A stretch of 64,000 nt of DNA from Adineta vaga (Eukaryota > Animalia > Rotifera): contig CP075495.1 of NCBI GenBank assembly GCA_021613535.1, positions 15,996,001 through 16,060,000 of the forward strand, written 5' to 3'. Position numbers and translations under genes: made by a program. The notes beneath the pieces were generated by a model. That model saw only the letters and a program-made list of their open reading frames with translations. It did no database searches and was not told where the DNA came from. This document shows, piece after piece, positions 52,301 to 64,000 of this stretch (positions are counted from its first letter, which is position 1; every line of letters begins with the position of its first letter).

Positions 52301-55300
52301 AGGCGATAGCAAAAGTTTGGAATCTCTCATTGAGCAGGGTCGGTTGCCACTCTCGTGCAATGACTGATGGACGCCAAACTAGAGTAACTCTATATACGTT
52401 TCAGAAATGCGAAGCTTCATAGGATTTCATATTTCTAATCGCGCAAGGATTGTGGTAACATCTCTTTTAGACTGTGAGCCATGCTTATTTGTATATTTAA
52501 TTACCTTTTCTGTTCGAATTGACCACCATTAAATGAATGGACAGTTCGCAAGGAACTAAACACTTCTTGAACAATTTTTCCAGCTCTAGCATATGTTGTT
52601 AATTCATTGTCTGTTTCGTTAGCGATGACCTAAATACTCCAGCTAGCAAAACTAGCTAATTTGAAAAAGACATATTCCTACTCGAGAAAAGATCATTGAA
52701 GCACCAGCAACCATAGGTGAAAGACACGAGAGAATCAATGATAACTTCCAGTTGATAACGAACGAGACAACTATACTGACAATCACAGTCAATACAATAG
52801 CAGTACATATTAAGAAATCAATATTAATGCCCAACTCAATCTTTGATATATTACTATCAAGAAATTGAATGATGATTGACACTTATTTTCATATGAGTAA
52901 TCATTTTTACTTACTCTGATAATTTGGAAGTTAGTTCGCTGGTTGAATTCGTATCCAGATATGTCATGTTCTAAACAATAACATCAAACGATAGTAACAC
53001 TAGTTGAACATTTATACTCAATTCTTTTTCGAGAGATATCGAACAAGATTATCATTACAATTACGACACAACGTATTCGAATATTCAAGAATAAAACAGG
53101 TAAATCTATGGTTTATAAAATCAATAGAATTACATCCATATGCCTAGAATCACGTTAAAATTAGATATAATTAATTGGATCACATAGAATCTCTAAAATC
53201 TTTCTAAATCACTTGGAATTATCACAATCTGAGCGAGAAAATAGATGAATCTGGAAAGAAGTATCTTATAAAATCCTTTCGAATCTCTTCGGATCTCCGG
53301 AATTCTCTGAGATCTTTAGAACCATCGCAGTCAAAGCAGTACCACAGCTTATTCCAATAAATAAAAGTTTTCATGGAAAATACAGAAGACTCCTCGTGAA
53401 AATATCCTTTCAAATCACTTGAATCACTTAGAATCTCTCGAAAACTTATATGAAATTTAAAATCTTGTGGATGTGGGTGTGGTTGTCGCTGTTATATTCA
53501 GACTGACACCCACACTCAAAGCCAGATCCACTGTGTTGACTAGCCTTCAGAAGTTGTGTCTGCTTTACCGTGAAAAAGTCACAATTATGTTGTCTGTAAA
53601 CGAAAACTTTTCGACAATTATATAAAAAAGTACTATAGAAAACATGATATATCCAGATCTTTCAAAGTAAGTTTGGGTACTTTGTGCCTTTTTTGGCAAA
53701 TTTTTTTTATGGCATCTTGTGCAGTTTCTTCCGCTCTATCGAATCCGCGTGGAACATTGCCGGCCTGACTTTTCTTTTGTCCCGTTTTTCATGAAAATAC
53801 TAAACCCCCTCCTTAAATTTCAAGCTTTTCTAAATCATTTTTTCGCAGTTTAGGGCTTCTAGGTTTGTGAAAAACTTTATTCGAAAAATTCTAAATATGT
53901 AGTTTTGTAGAGGTTAATCTGCTTTACCTTTCGACATATTTTTTAATTTAATTTGAATGTTTTTTAGGAGAGAAAATAATCAAATATTGAGTACACAATA
54001 AACCCAAAATATGCAAAACTATAATTTGGACCTGTTGAAGAAGGTAATTGCGAAATTTGCCATAAGTCACTTCAAAAATGCTAAAACTTTGGATTTAGAG
54101 GTTTTTTATATGTTCCTTTGTTTGGAACGTAAATGCTCGATTGAACCATGGAACGTCTCGTAATGCTGTATCAAATCATCATTATTGCGTTCCTCTTTCT
54201 ATTTCTAATTGTAACTCATGAGCATCGTATAATTCATTAAGTTGATATTTCGAGAGGATGTAGCGTTATTGACAAATTTTCGCATAAAATCATCAGAAAC
54301 AAAACGAGACTGAATCGTACAAGTAATGTGTACAATCACGGATTTTGAAGTATATGAAGACTTTGAAAACTATCACTTTTTAGACAGGCGTCAGCGAACT
54401 CAAGACATGGACGTTGCTTGTTTATAACAATATCGCATGAAAGAATAAAAAATTGAAAAGTCGCCAGAACGTTTTAAGGAAAATAGTGCATTATTGAAAA
54501 TGTTCGTAAAAAAGGACATCAAAATGTCTAAAAACAGTTTTCATACCTTTTTGCTATGCATTAAGCACCTAGATCTAGCACGAGAAAGAAAATCGATGTT
54601 CACTAATACCAATATAGAGAAAACCATTGGATTTCTTTAAAGAATTCAACATACACAACCCAGACTATTAGTTTTGTTGTAAAAGTATACTGACTATCCA
54701 TTGGGTTTGAATAGATAACTTTGAGCAGACGGTCAGCAACGTTTGTGTGGCGTTATTAATTCACTCGAGAGTAATACCTGCTTATTTAGACACTAACAAC
54801 GATGAACTATCATCAAACCGCACGATTAAAGGAGGAAGCTATAAGCAGTCCAAAGATTTTTTTTTACAGAAGACAAAAAAAGGTTATTCAACCACGAGAG
54901 ATAATCTATTCTTCTCTTTATTAGACAAAAAGATCTGTCAACAAAGAGAAAAAGAAAAACGAAAAGAGACGATTCATCTCTCGCATCTCTAAAGGCATAT
55001 TCCGCATCTCCGATCTGCTGGATTAATTACATTTTGTTCAACATTCAAGAAACATATATCTCCGGAGACGTAAACGAGTTTAGAAAACTTTTTATCGAAA
55101 GAAAACAATTCGAACGTCGAAAAACTTAAAAAACTATTTTTCGAATTTTTTCCGAATTCGTCAAATATGTTTTCTAAATTCGAGCAAAAGAATTTCGATC
55201 TCCAAGATTTTGATCAGGCAACCCTGTCTCTACCCATCCTTACAGGATTGAGAACAATTACGAAACATTGAAGTCGGTGAGTACAACAGATTCTTCTTTA

Positions 55301-58300
55301 TCTCACGTTGGAACTGGTCTGTGGGGATTTTATTTTAGTCGAAAACGGAGGAGTATTTGATTAGCTTCTACTCAGCATACGTTTAGGATATGCATAATGA
55401 GTTTGATATTTCAACGGATATGTGAATATTCAAATGTGCATGAACTGTTATTCCTCCGCATCTCATGAAATTCTTAATGAGAGAAAGATCTTGAGAAGAA
55501 AATGCTTAGTTTCTTGACACATTCCGACAACAAAATAATTTATGAATCAGAAAAAAGCATAATTGACTTACACGTTGTATTAGTGATCGGAACAGTGAGA
55601 TATTCATACGTGATGTCTGTCGTTTAATTGCTGTTGTCCACGCTATTATCTCCAGCGAGCAACATACCCACGAGATAAAACCGACAACTATATGATCACA
55701 TAAAGAGAATGAAGTTACATTTTCAACTATGTCTTAACTGATTGATTTTCGTTCATTAGCTTACTTAATAGCAAATATATTTTGTGCATAACTGTTTCTC
55801 GAATTGAGGGTAATATTGAGACTACTGTTTTTGTCGTTGTAAACATCGTATCATTTTGATGACAAAATCTAGAATGTACAAATCAAGAGACAAAGAGGAA
55901 AATATCTGCTTCGACAATGACCTACTTATGAAATTGTTCGTAATTTGATTGAATCATATCAATACCGTGTGGACATGTACTATGATTGCTGAAACTATTG
56001 ATTAATTTGTCTTGTCGAGATTGGCAATTAACAATAAATGATTGTGTAGCAAACGTTCCAGTGAGCTCACCAAAGAGAACGAAACTGGCAATAATGCAAA
56101 ACACATGTCCTATGACGAAACATCCACCAAAAAACATCAGAAGATAATCAAAACCATTACCAAAACCAAACTAAAATCAAAGTGACTGATTTATATCAAA
56201 CAATCAGGAAAAAAGCCTTTAGCACAATTTATGCGGGATTAAAAATGTGAAACAAGATGTAGTTCTTGACACAGTAAATTAGATATATCTAGTTTTCGAA
56301 TTTAAAATAGCTTTGATGTCTTTAATTTCATTCCTGCTAATTTGTATGATAGCCTTGTCTTTTACTGTAGAGGACAACAACGGAATTCGCACAACCTAGA
56401 GTGCGATGGTATTCTATAATGTAACGAAAGTCAACCGAAGTGAAAGAAATCATGTAATATTCAGTACACTTTCACAATCTATCATGCTTTTTACAGATGA
56501 CAATGATTTTTCTCAAGCAATATTTTGTTTGTTTAAATACCAATCGACAACCTCAAGCTCATGGAATTAGTTCCATCGAACTGAATAATTGACCGAATAA
56601 ACCTTATGGCAGGAGCTGAACTTTCTCCCTATGACCATGACGATCCTAAGGAACTACGATAAAATGTAAACTTCACATGAAATATCTGATAACAAAATAT
56701 TTTATCTATGCAATTTACTGGTCTGAAAAATGAGTGGAGAAATCAGGGTCGCAAGTTTGGCATCAAAAAGTGGCCTATCAAAATATGCCTACTTTTTAAC
56801 ACTTTGTTCCATCAATAACTTTGTACGAGATTAACCAAACCTTCAACTTTTATATACTATTCAATAGTCCGGAATCTGTTCTAATAAACTCTCTAAAGGA
56901 CCATAGATCAATGAGTCTATCCATAACAGAGAAAAACTAGAAATACGACAATTCATGGTCAATTTCTACAGATCATATTTTAGGTACTTTGGTTAATAGT
57001 TGATTATGTTTCATGTGTCTCAAAAAAAACAAGAATAGATTCTGAAAGCCTGTGAAAAACTGCGTCTTCTGATATACAAGCCCCTCCAAATAATTTTCAG
57101 TGTGACAAGTGCATTTTTTACACTCTTTGAGGAACCATTTGCAATCTTTAACATAGAACATACTGTTGTCTGGGCAGGTAAATATCATACTTGAGATACT
57201 GAATAAACAAATTCTATTTCATTTAATAGTTCCCAAACAAAATTAAATAAATAGGTTTAGAGTATACGAAACATAATCTTATGCCTAACGTATGTATTTA
57301 CAGCTAGTTTTTATAATGTATCAAGTGTTTTATAAACTGTCCCAACACCAAATAAATCACTTCTACAGAATCTTCAGATCAAGTACTTAAAAAATATGCA
57401 GCCGTAACCTTTTCATAGCCTTATTAGTGAACTTTCCTTTTTTGAGGCATTGTACGTTAGTCGCATACAATTTAGTATAATTTTGCTCAATGAGCATCTT
57501 CGGCTTGGCTAATATTTTTACAGTAAGTAGACTACGCTACGTTAGGGAAAAACTCAAATTTTCAGCTCAGACGAATAAACTCTTCCGGAGATATAAGCCC
57601 TATAAGTGTTATGTGTAAGGCAGTTTTTCAATATTTTTTTATGCAATTGTACTCAGTAAATTTTCAATCTGCTTTTGATTTTTTTTTGTTGTTTTTTCTT
57701 ATTATATCGTATGATGATTTTCAAGATGGATTCTTCCTTCTTAGGTATTTACGAGTACCCTTAAATAAATATGCAACAGACGATAAACAGATTATTCACT
57801 TGAACATTTTAATAATTAGAAACTCAACTGAATTTCTTCCATCTTCGAGAACATTACTGAGAAAGGTCATCGGAAAACTTAGTTCTACGAACTTCTTAAG
57901 AATGATTTTTTTTATTGAATACAACACTTGTGATTCCTGTAATAATTGATTTTTATAATAAATCAGACGCATTTGTCATTTTCGGTTTTTAAAAAATTCA
58001 TGTAATATATAAAAAGCAGAAAATACACTGAGGAAATTTTTCACAATTTTGATTGATGTGGTTTTCTCGTAAAACTAATGTTGATATAATCAATTTTTCC
58101 ATTCGAAAGCTTGAGTGTGGTCATCTCATAATTCCTCTTGGAAATCATCCTACGATGGAATATGAGAAAACAACAAAAAAAATAAAAAGGAGATCGAAAC
58201 TTATGAAACACCCTTTATTTATTATAAGCGTATTTTTATATGACAATACCGTGATTTCGCGCAGTGATTTAATAAAAAATCGAAGTTTGAATTTTGGGCT

Positions 58301-58866
58301 GACTTTGTATGCATTAAGGTCTTATCGTCGATCGTTTAGTCGCATTAAAGTCAAAATTGAGAAGACTAAGTATTTGCTATACTTAACATAACTGAATATT
58401 TCCTAAAGTTATGCATAGAGTCTAAGTGTCTCAGGTGGGTCCTTGGTATTTTTGGAAAACTTTTATGCAGCAAAATTCATTTCCGCAAATGTTTGGAGAC
58501 ATCAGTCGGTACATCGTGATTCGCTCGTTTAGATGAGGCTAAGTTAGGTGCGGATGAGTTTCCTATATTTTAAAGAAACTTACTAGTTTAATAAGCCGCA
58601 TTAAAAAGTTAGTGTCGTCATCATCTGCCTCAGTATTATTGTCTAGTTGATCATATTTTGGTGAATCCTGTCGACTATTAAAGCAATGGCGCCAATCGAA
58701 CAGACTAGAAAAATCAGAATAACAATGATGATGAATATCACACATGCTTCATTCAATCATACCTGCTCGATAAGACTTGTTTACCGTTTTCATTACTATG
58801 ATTTCCAACATCACTGCCGGTGGCTAATTCCAACGATGTCTTTAACAGAGGTTCTTTGTCAGTCAT
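43318..58866 (-). CDS. Full-length ABCB (MDR/P-glycoprotein-like) exporter, TMD-NBD-TMD-NBD, 29 coding exons, 4059 nt / ~1352 aa
   Basis: Hand-spliced GT-AG exons: 58866-58763, 58704-58584, 56170-55926, 55868-55765, 55687-55572, 52970-52915, 52853-52682, 52629-52505, 48783-48603, 48534-48421, 48357-48153, 48091-47955, 47899-47777, 47726-47546, 46260-46024, 45962-45913, 45853-45698, 45633-45529, 45451-45086, 45017-44917, 44838-44698, 44634-44581, 44525-44423, 44376-44274, 44208-44188, 44135-44062, 44006-43806, 43742-43596, 43533-43318. All phases are consistent. Walker A GSSGSGKST / [10 protein letters not shown]-loop SQEP twice, signatures LSGGEKQR / MSGGQKQR, Walker [10 protein letters not shown] twice, and IAHRLST twice. 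Confidence 0.93.
47040..47450 (+). pseudogene. Heavily decayed MULE transposase remnant in ABCB intron 14
   Basis: Manual translation across frameshifts gives HVIYIDGTF (~47060), [11 protein letters not shown] and VFCLLP. Confidence 0.5.
53860..54105 (+). repeat. Dispersed repeat shared with about 1350-2012
   Basis: Shared blocks such as TTTGGACCTGTTGAAGAAGGTA and TCACTTCAAAAATGCT.AAA.CTTGGATTT.GAGGTTTT. Confidence 0.8.
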
Positions 58867-59942
58867 TGTATATTATTTGTCTAAATAGATTGTTTCATAT
58901 ATAAAATATTTGCAAGTGTAGCCGTATTCCTATGACCAGTGATTTGATTACAATCGTTAGTTGGATGTGCGTTCTTCCGTTACAAAAAGGCACTCAAAAC
59001 GTTTTCGCACAAAAAGTTTGTTTAGTTTTTGGGCTAGTAGCAAACTACCTGCGACAAACTGACATATACAACTTATCTCTGGAATTTTTCGCTCCTTCAG
59101 AACATGATTTTGCAATAGTTATCTCAGCTTTTATTTTATACTAGTACAGTGAGCTATGAAAAGCTGAAAAAGTAGGTTTGACAGACTTTTGTATTTTTAT
59201 TAACCATATATAGTAAAAAATAAAAGTTGCGACCCTAGTTTAAAGATAAATTTGTAGAGGGGAAAATGCCCCTACAAAATACCATATTTCAATATAAATT
59301 TCCCCAAACAGTCGTTTGAATTGTACGGCGAAAAATCTCGTCGTAGAAAGGCTATAGATTCACCTAGGTATAAGCTAGGGATGTCACTTTCGCGTTCCAT
59401 TCTGAGAAACGCAGATATCGATTCGAAATATAAGAACTTAAAAATACATACTTAGTATGTCCATTAATTAAATTCAGTGTTCATAATCATTCTCCCTCAT
59501 TCGAATAACGTAGGTATTCCGAATTGCGCTTTGGTGCCCTTTTTCGTACGGAATTGATCTGGTGACATAAATCTCTTTATGTTGTGAACTCACTGTGTTA
59601 TGTGTTCCCCATTGACAAAATGTTGACTAGCAAGATTTCAAAAAAACTAGCAACTCACTACCAAAAACAATTTTTCAAGTTTCTCAAAATCTTTTTCAGT
59701 ATTCTTGAACAAATATAAATATACCATATCGAAGTCTATTTTCAGAATGACTGTAAAATTACGAATAGGACCCATAATTTCGGACCCATCCGAAAATCGT
59801 TCGAGCAGGTCACCATATACAAATATGTTCCCCCTAAACGGCAAGAACGCATACGAACTAAAATTGGCCCATCTATAAATCAATTTAAAAACGCATGAAT
59901 CGATACAAAATGAGAGGACGGATCTTCTCATGGTCAATCCAA

Positions 59943-60815
59943 GTCATTTTAGAGACTATTGAATGAATTCTGATAGATATTATTACCCTCAAGATTTTCA
60001 CTCATTTTTCTGACATACACTAGGGGCCTATTGAAAAGAAATACCAGTGTAAATATTCGTGTATATAACGCTAGCAAATTAAATAGTCTCATTAGGAAGA
60101 GCGTGTAACTCTGCAAAAAGTCATATCTTAGTCGATCGAAAAATGTGCTTATATTGTGGTCTAATGGCGAATGGCCAATGTTTGTATGAATATTATGATG
60201 TGTAACATATTAGTTTTTCTCCTCAAGTTCCATGAAAACAGTTTGAGGATAAGGTTTCTTATATGTAAATCGATAGAAGTTTTGATGACCTTCAATATGG
60301 TATGGTTTTTATGTCTTTAAAAGCGTGAGTGTGTGAGTAAAGAATATTCATTAGTTTTTCGAGTCATTTTTAGTACCAATGGGCGGTTTGTGCGGTGGTT
60401 TAGACAGTATAAGGGTGGTAAAAAATTTCAGAAACATTCTGAAAAGATGAAAACCATATTATCTTATGACTGTGACAATTTTTACCAATTTATATACAGG
60501 AAACTCTATCCTCAAACTGTTTTCATGGAACTTGAGGAGAAAAACTAATATGTTACACATCATAATATTCATACAAACATTGGCCACTCGCCATTAGACC
60601 ACAATATAAGCACATTTTTCGATCGACTAAGATATGACTTTTTGCAGAGTTACACGCTCTTCCTAATGAGACTATTTAATTTGCTAGCGTTATGTACACG
60701 AATATTTACACAGGTATTTCTTTGCAATTGGCCCCTAATGTATGTCAGAAAAATGAGTGAAAATCTTGAGGGTAATAATATTTATCAGAATTCATTCAAT
60801 AGTCTCTAAAATGAC
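59943..60815. mobile_element. Foldback element with ~310-bp near-identical arms
   Basis: GTCATTTTAGAGACTATTGAATGAATTCTGATA...CAGTTTGAGGATA (59943-60251) inverted at about 60507-60815. Flanks CAA / TAA. Confidence 0.92.
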
Positions 60816-60816
60816 T

Positions 60817-61763
60817 AACAGGTGGACTGTAAAAAACGGTACAAGAAAGTTTCTCCTTTTTATAGTGCTTTCTAGCGCACTCGAAACTTCGTTTAAGGCT
60901 CGTTCGATAGAAAATTCATCGCTCTATAAAGCTGTCCATTTGCCTTTCCAAATGTGTTTATTCTACCGATAAAAAATTTAAAAGACTGAAAAACACTAAA
61001 ACGTGCAACTGCGATTTTATGTTATTTTTCTCAGCGTATACAAGCCGCTCTCCACAAAATCTAGTACTGAATACAACGTATTCAATACTATTAAAAAGAG
61101 AACTTTCCAATCTACATTTTGAAGATTTTTTCAAAGCTTCTCACGTTGTTGTTTAGGTATAATCGGCTTCAAAATGATAACAGGTGGTAGTTTTGTTCGA
61201 ATGCGCTGTTGGAACTGATGTTTTCAAAAGTCAGATGTGTTTTAAGAATAATTTATGTTTATATCACAAAATGCCAAATTTAATCGTAAATAAAATCACA
61301 TAAAATTCAAATCGAACAAGAGCAATGAACAACCAGGCATAGATGGGCAAATTCAACTCTAAATTGCAGTTGTCCATCTCTCCAATCAAGAAAGGTTCTT
61401 AGCTTTCTTTTCTAGTTTCGCTGAAGAAAGTCTTTTTGTCAAATTTTTTTAAACTTATGAAGCCTCACAAGATGCAAAATTTCATGGCCTATCTTGTGTC
61501 CTATTTCCTACTCTCCGGAATTCTTATTTAGCAATTTTTTAAAAATGTATTTTATGTTCTAAAGATCGCAGTTGCACGTTTTAGTGTTTTTCAGTCTTTT
61601 AAATTTTTTATCGGTAGAATAAACACATTTGGAAAGGCAAATGGACAGCTTTATAGAGCGATGAATTTTCTATCGAACGAGCCTTAAGCGAAGTTTCGAG
61701 TGCGCTAGAAAACACTATAACAAGGAGAATTTTTTTGTCCCGTTTTTTACGGTCCACCGGTTA
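60817..61763. mobile_element. Second foldback element with ~200-bp arms, inside older outer arms (about 59885-59940 / 61765-61818)
   Basis: GGTGGACTGTAAAAAACGG...ACGTGCAACTGCGAT inverts ATCGCAGTTGCACGT...CCGTTTTTTACGGTCCACC. Confidence 0.88.
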
Positions 61764-62157
61764 GAATTGACCATGAAAAGATTCGCTCTCTCATTTGGTA
61801 TTGTTTTATGCGTTTTTTAATGGATTTCAAGTTAGACCGATTTTGAACCCTTTATATCCCTATCCTTTATCTCGTGATGGTTAAGAAGATCCCCATCTCT
61901 GAGTTTTCTGATGAACGACGACAGGAGAACTTTTCAAACTATCAAACTAAGTAGATCTCGATGATAAGATCAAAATTTGTCATAAGCAAATGTCCCTCGA
62001 ATCCTCGTTTTAGGAGTTTCGAGGATTCCAAGGTTCAAAGTTACCAAAAGTTTTCCCTCTCACCGAACATGACAAATCGTTCTTTTGAGTTAAAATTCTT
62101 AATGCAGACACTAGATCCTACACTGATAAAAATGAGCGTAGAGTAATGAACCCTTTG

Positions 62158-63366
62158 ATATACGATTTTTCCGTTCATTTGTATCATAAAGCTTTTGATA
62201 TACCCTTTCTTTTGATCTACCCAAAAAGGATATTTCATACGTTGCTGTCTGAAAAACGTTTTAGGGCATATCAGCAGTTATGGGCTTGTCCACGCAACGC
62301 GACACTTGGCTGATCAAGTTTTGAAAAAAAATTTTTTCGAATTCCATTTATTCGAATAGGCTTTTCGATGCAGTTTTTCACGCTGATTACGAATCTGTCA
62401 CTCATTTGGCGAACAAACCACTTTTTGTTCTAAGAAATTCAGTTTTCAACTTTTGAAAAACCGTATTTTGAAACTTTTGAGGTAAAAACTTTTTCAGAAT
62501 TATCCGGAAAGGTTACCTTTCGACGCAGAATTTCATTCTCTACACAATGGTGTGTTTACTTTTCATTTTTGTAGTTATAGGCGATCCATAGACTCTCACA
62601 CATTTTTCGACTTGCGGCTCGGTTTAGGAGCTTCCACATTGATGTATCAATCTGATTTTCTAGTAGCATGCTGATCGACACTGAAGGACCAGCACCTTAA
62701 AATATGAGATTATTCGGAGCATTTTAAGTGCCTCAAAATTGGTCAACAAAAAACTGAGTCACAACGTTACATTTGTTTTTTTCATTTTTTATTCGATGGA
62801 AGGGGCAGAGAAGAAAATTCTTTTTACTATCAGGAAGCTCATCTAAAGCTCTACAACTTTTGTCCTCACAGCCTTTCGATTGTGAAGCGTCTTGCGCTGG
62901 AAATGAGAAAGAAAGGTGGATTACTCGATACTGAAGGTCCTTTTATGTCACAGTGTTACGCGGTCTTAAATTCTTCATAGATACTCGATGACTAAACTAA
63001 ATACACTCATTCTTGTATCCCTTGTAGAGGAAACCGAGCTTCCTCGAATGCTGTTTGAACGAGCTCTTGAGCTGTTCTCGTTCAAGAGATAATTAAAAAA
63101 CAATATGTAAAAATGTCACATCGTTACGTTTGGACAAGCCCTTATATACTCTTAAACCCTACGAAAACTGGTTTAGTAATACACTCATTAGTAGAAAACG
63201 TAGAATGAAAAATCATTTCGATAGAGTTTATAAATTTAAAAAATGGTTTAATAGTATGTAACTGCTGATATACCATAAAACGTTTCTCAGACAGCAACGT
63301 ATGCAATATCCTTTTTGGGTAGATCAAAAGCTTTATGATTCAAATGAACAGAAAGCAACGTATATA
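62158..63366. mobile_element. Foldback element with ~110-bp arms, interrupted by a nested TIR element
   Basis: TTTTGATCTACCCAAAAAGGATAT...ATATCAGCAGTTA inverts TAACTGCTGATAT...ATATCCTTTTTGGGTAGATCAAAAG. Confidence 0.8.
62282..63141. mobile_element. Nested TIR element with GGG termini and 4-bp TSD TTAT
   Basis: TTAT|GGGCTTGTCCA...TGGACAAGCCC|TTAT. Confidence 0.8.
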
Positions 63367-63969
63367 AAAAAGTTCATCAGTTTGATAAATCGTTGTGTAG
63401 GATTTGCTATTCTGCGCTCATTTTTATGAGCGTGTCGCTTTCGTAACAACGACACACATGTAATTTTCATTCCTAATAACGACGCCAAGCAAAAGTTTCT
63501 CCCTAATACCGACAATAAGTCTATCTTGCTTTAATAACAATATTTTTAACTAGTTTTTGTTCTTGAAAACGACACTTTGCTATAAAAGCTGACGTATTGT
63601 AAAGCAAAATAAACATATTGTCGCTATTAAGGCGAACATTTTGTGTGGTCTCGTTTTATGATCTTTGATCCACACAGAAGTTTGTTATTACATTACTAAG
63701 TCACCATGAACCGTTAGATATAGATAGTGTTTGAGACGATCTTCAAACTTTTCAGCGAAGCTTAGAGTCGTTTTCTTGATAGAAATTGTGGGAAACACAT
63801 TTTTCAAAAAAGTGTCTATTTTCACATAAGCTTTTTTGAAACGTCGTTATTAGGAATGAAAATCATCTGGCTGTCGTTATTATGGAAGTGATACTAGAGA
63901 TCTGCACGAGACCAAAAACTATTTTCTGGTTCTCGTCAAACATTTGATTGATAAGTCGTTACTTTAATC

Positions 63970-63986
63970 GTGTGTGTGTGTGTGTG
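63970..63986 (+). repeat. (GT)n microsatellite
   Basis: Seen directly. Confidence 0.9.
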
Positions 63987-64000
63987 GATGACGATACACT

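Overview
AT-rich, gene-sparse eukaryotic DNA with many ~50-75 nt GT-AG introns and a dense load of transposons. The intron sizes, transposon spectrum and TGTGGG-like repeats suggest a bdelloid rotifer (inference, not proven). I can reconstruct only four cellular genes, all acting on small molecules: (1) a two-exon ToxA-like class I SAM methyltransferase (2661..439, -); (2) a second, unrelated SAM methyltransferase with an intronless CDS (31555..30398, -); (3) an intronless UbiA-superfamily prenyltransferase/cyclase with both Asp-rich motifs (41344..42300, +); (4) a complete 29-exon ABCB/P-glycoprotein exporter (58866..43318, -, ~1352 aa) convergent with the UbiA gene. Together they form a candidate dispersed secondary-metabolite or detoxification cluster, partly built from microbial-looking genes. 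The rest holds three decayed LINEs, a near-intact Mutator-like element with a perfect 9-bp TSD, two MULE remnants, many MITE/foldback elements (several nested) and tandem repeats. A small inverted structure of telomere-like GGGTGT...ACACCC arms around variable spacers recurs at least 8 times. No rRNA, tRNA or CRISPR array was recognised.
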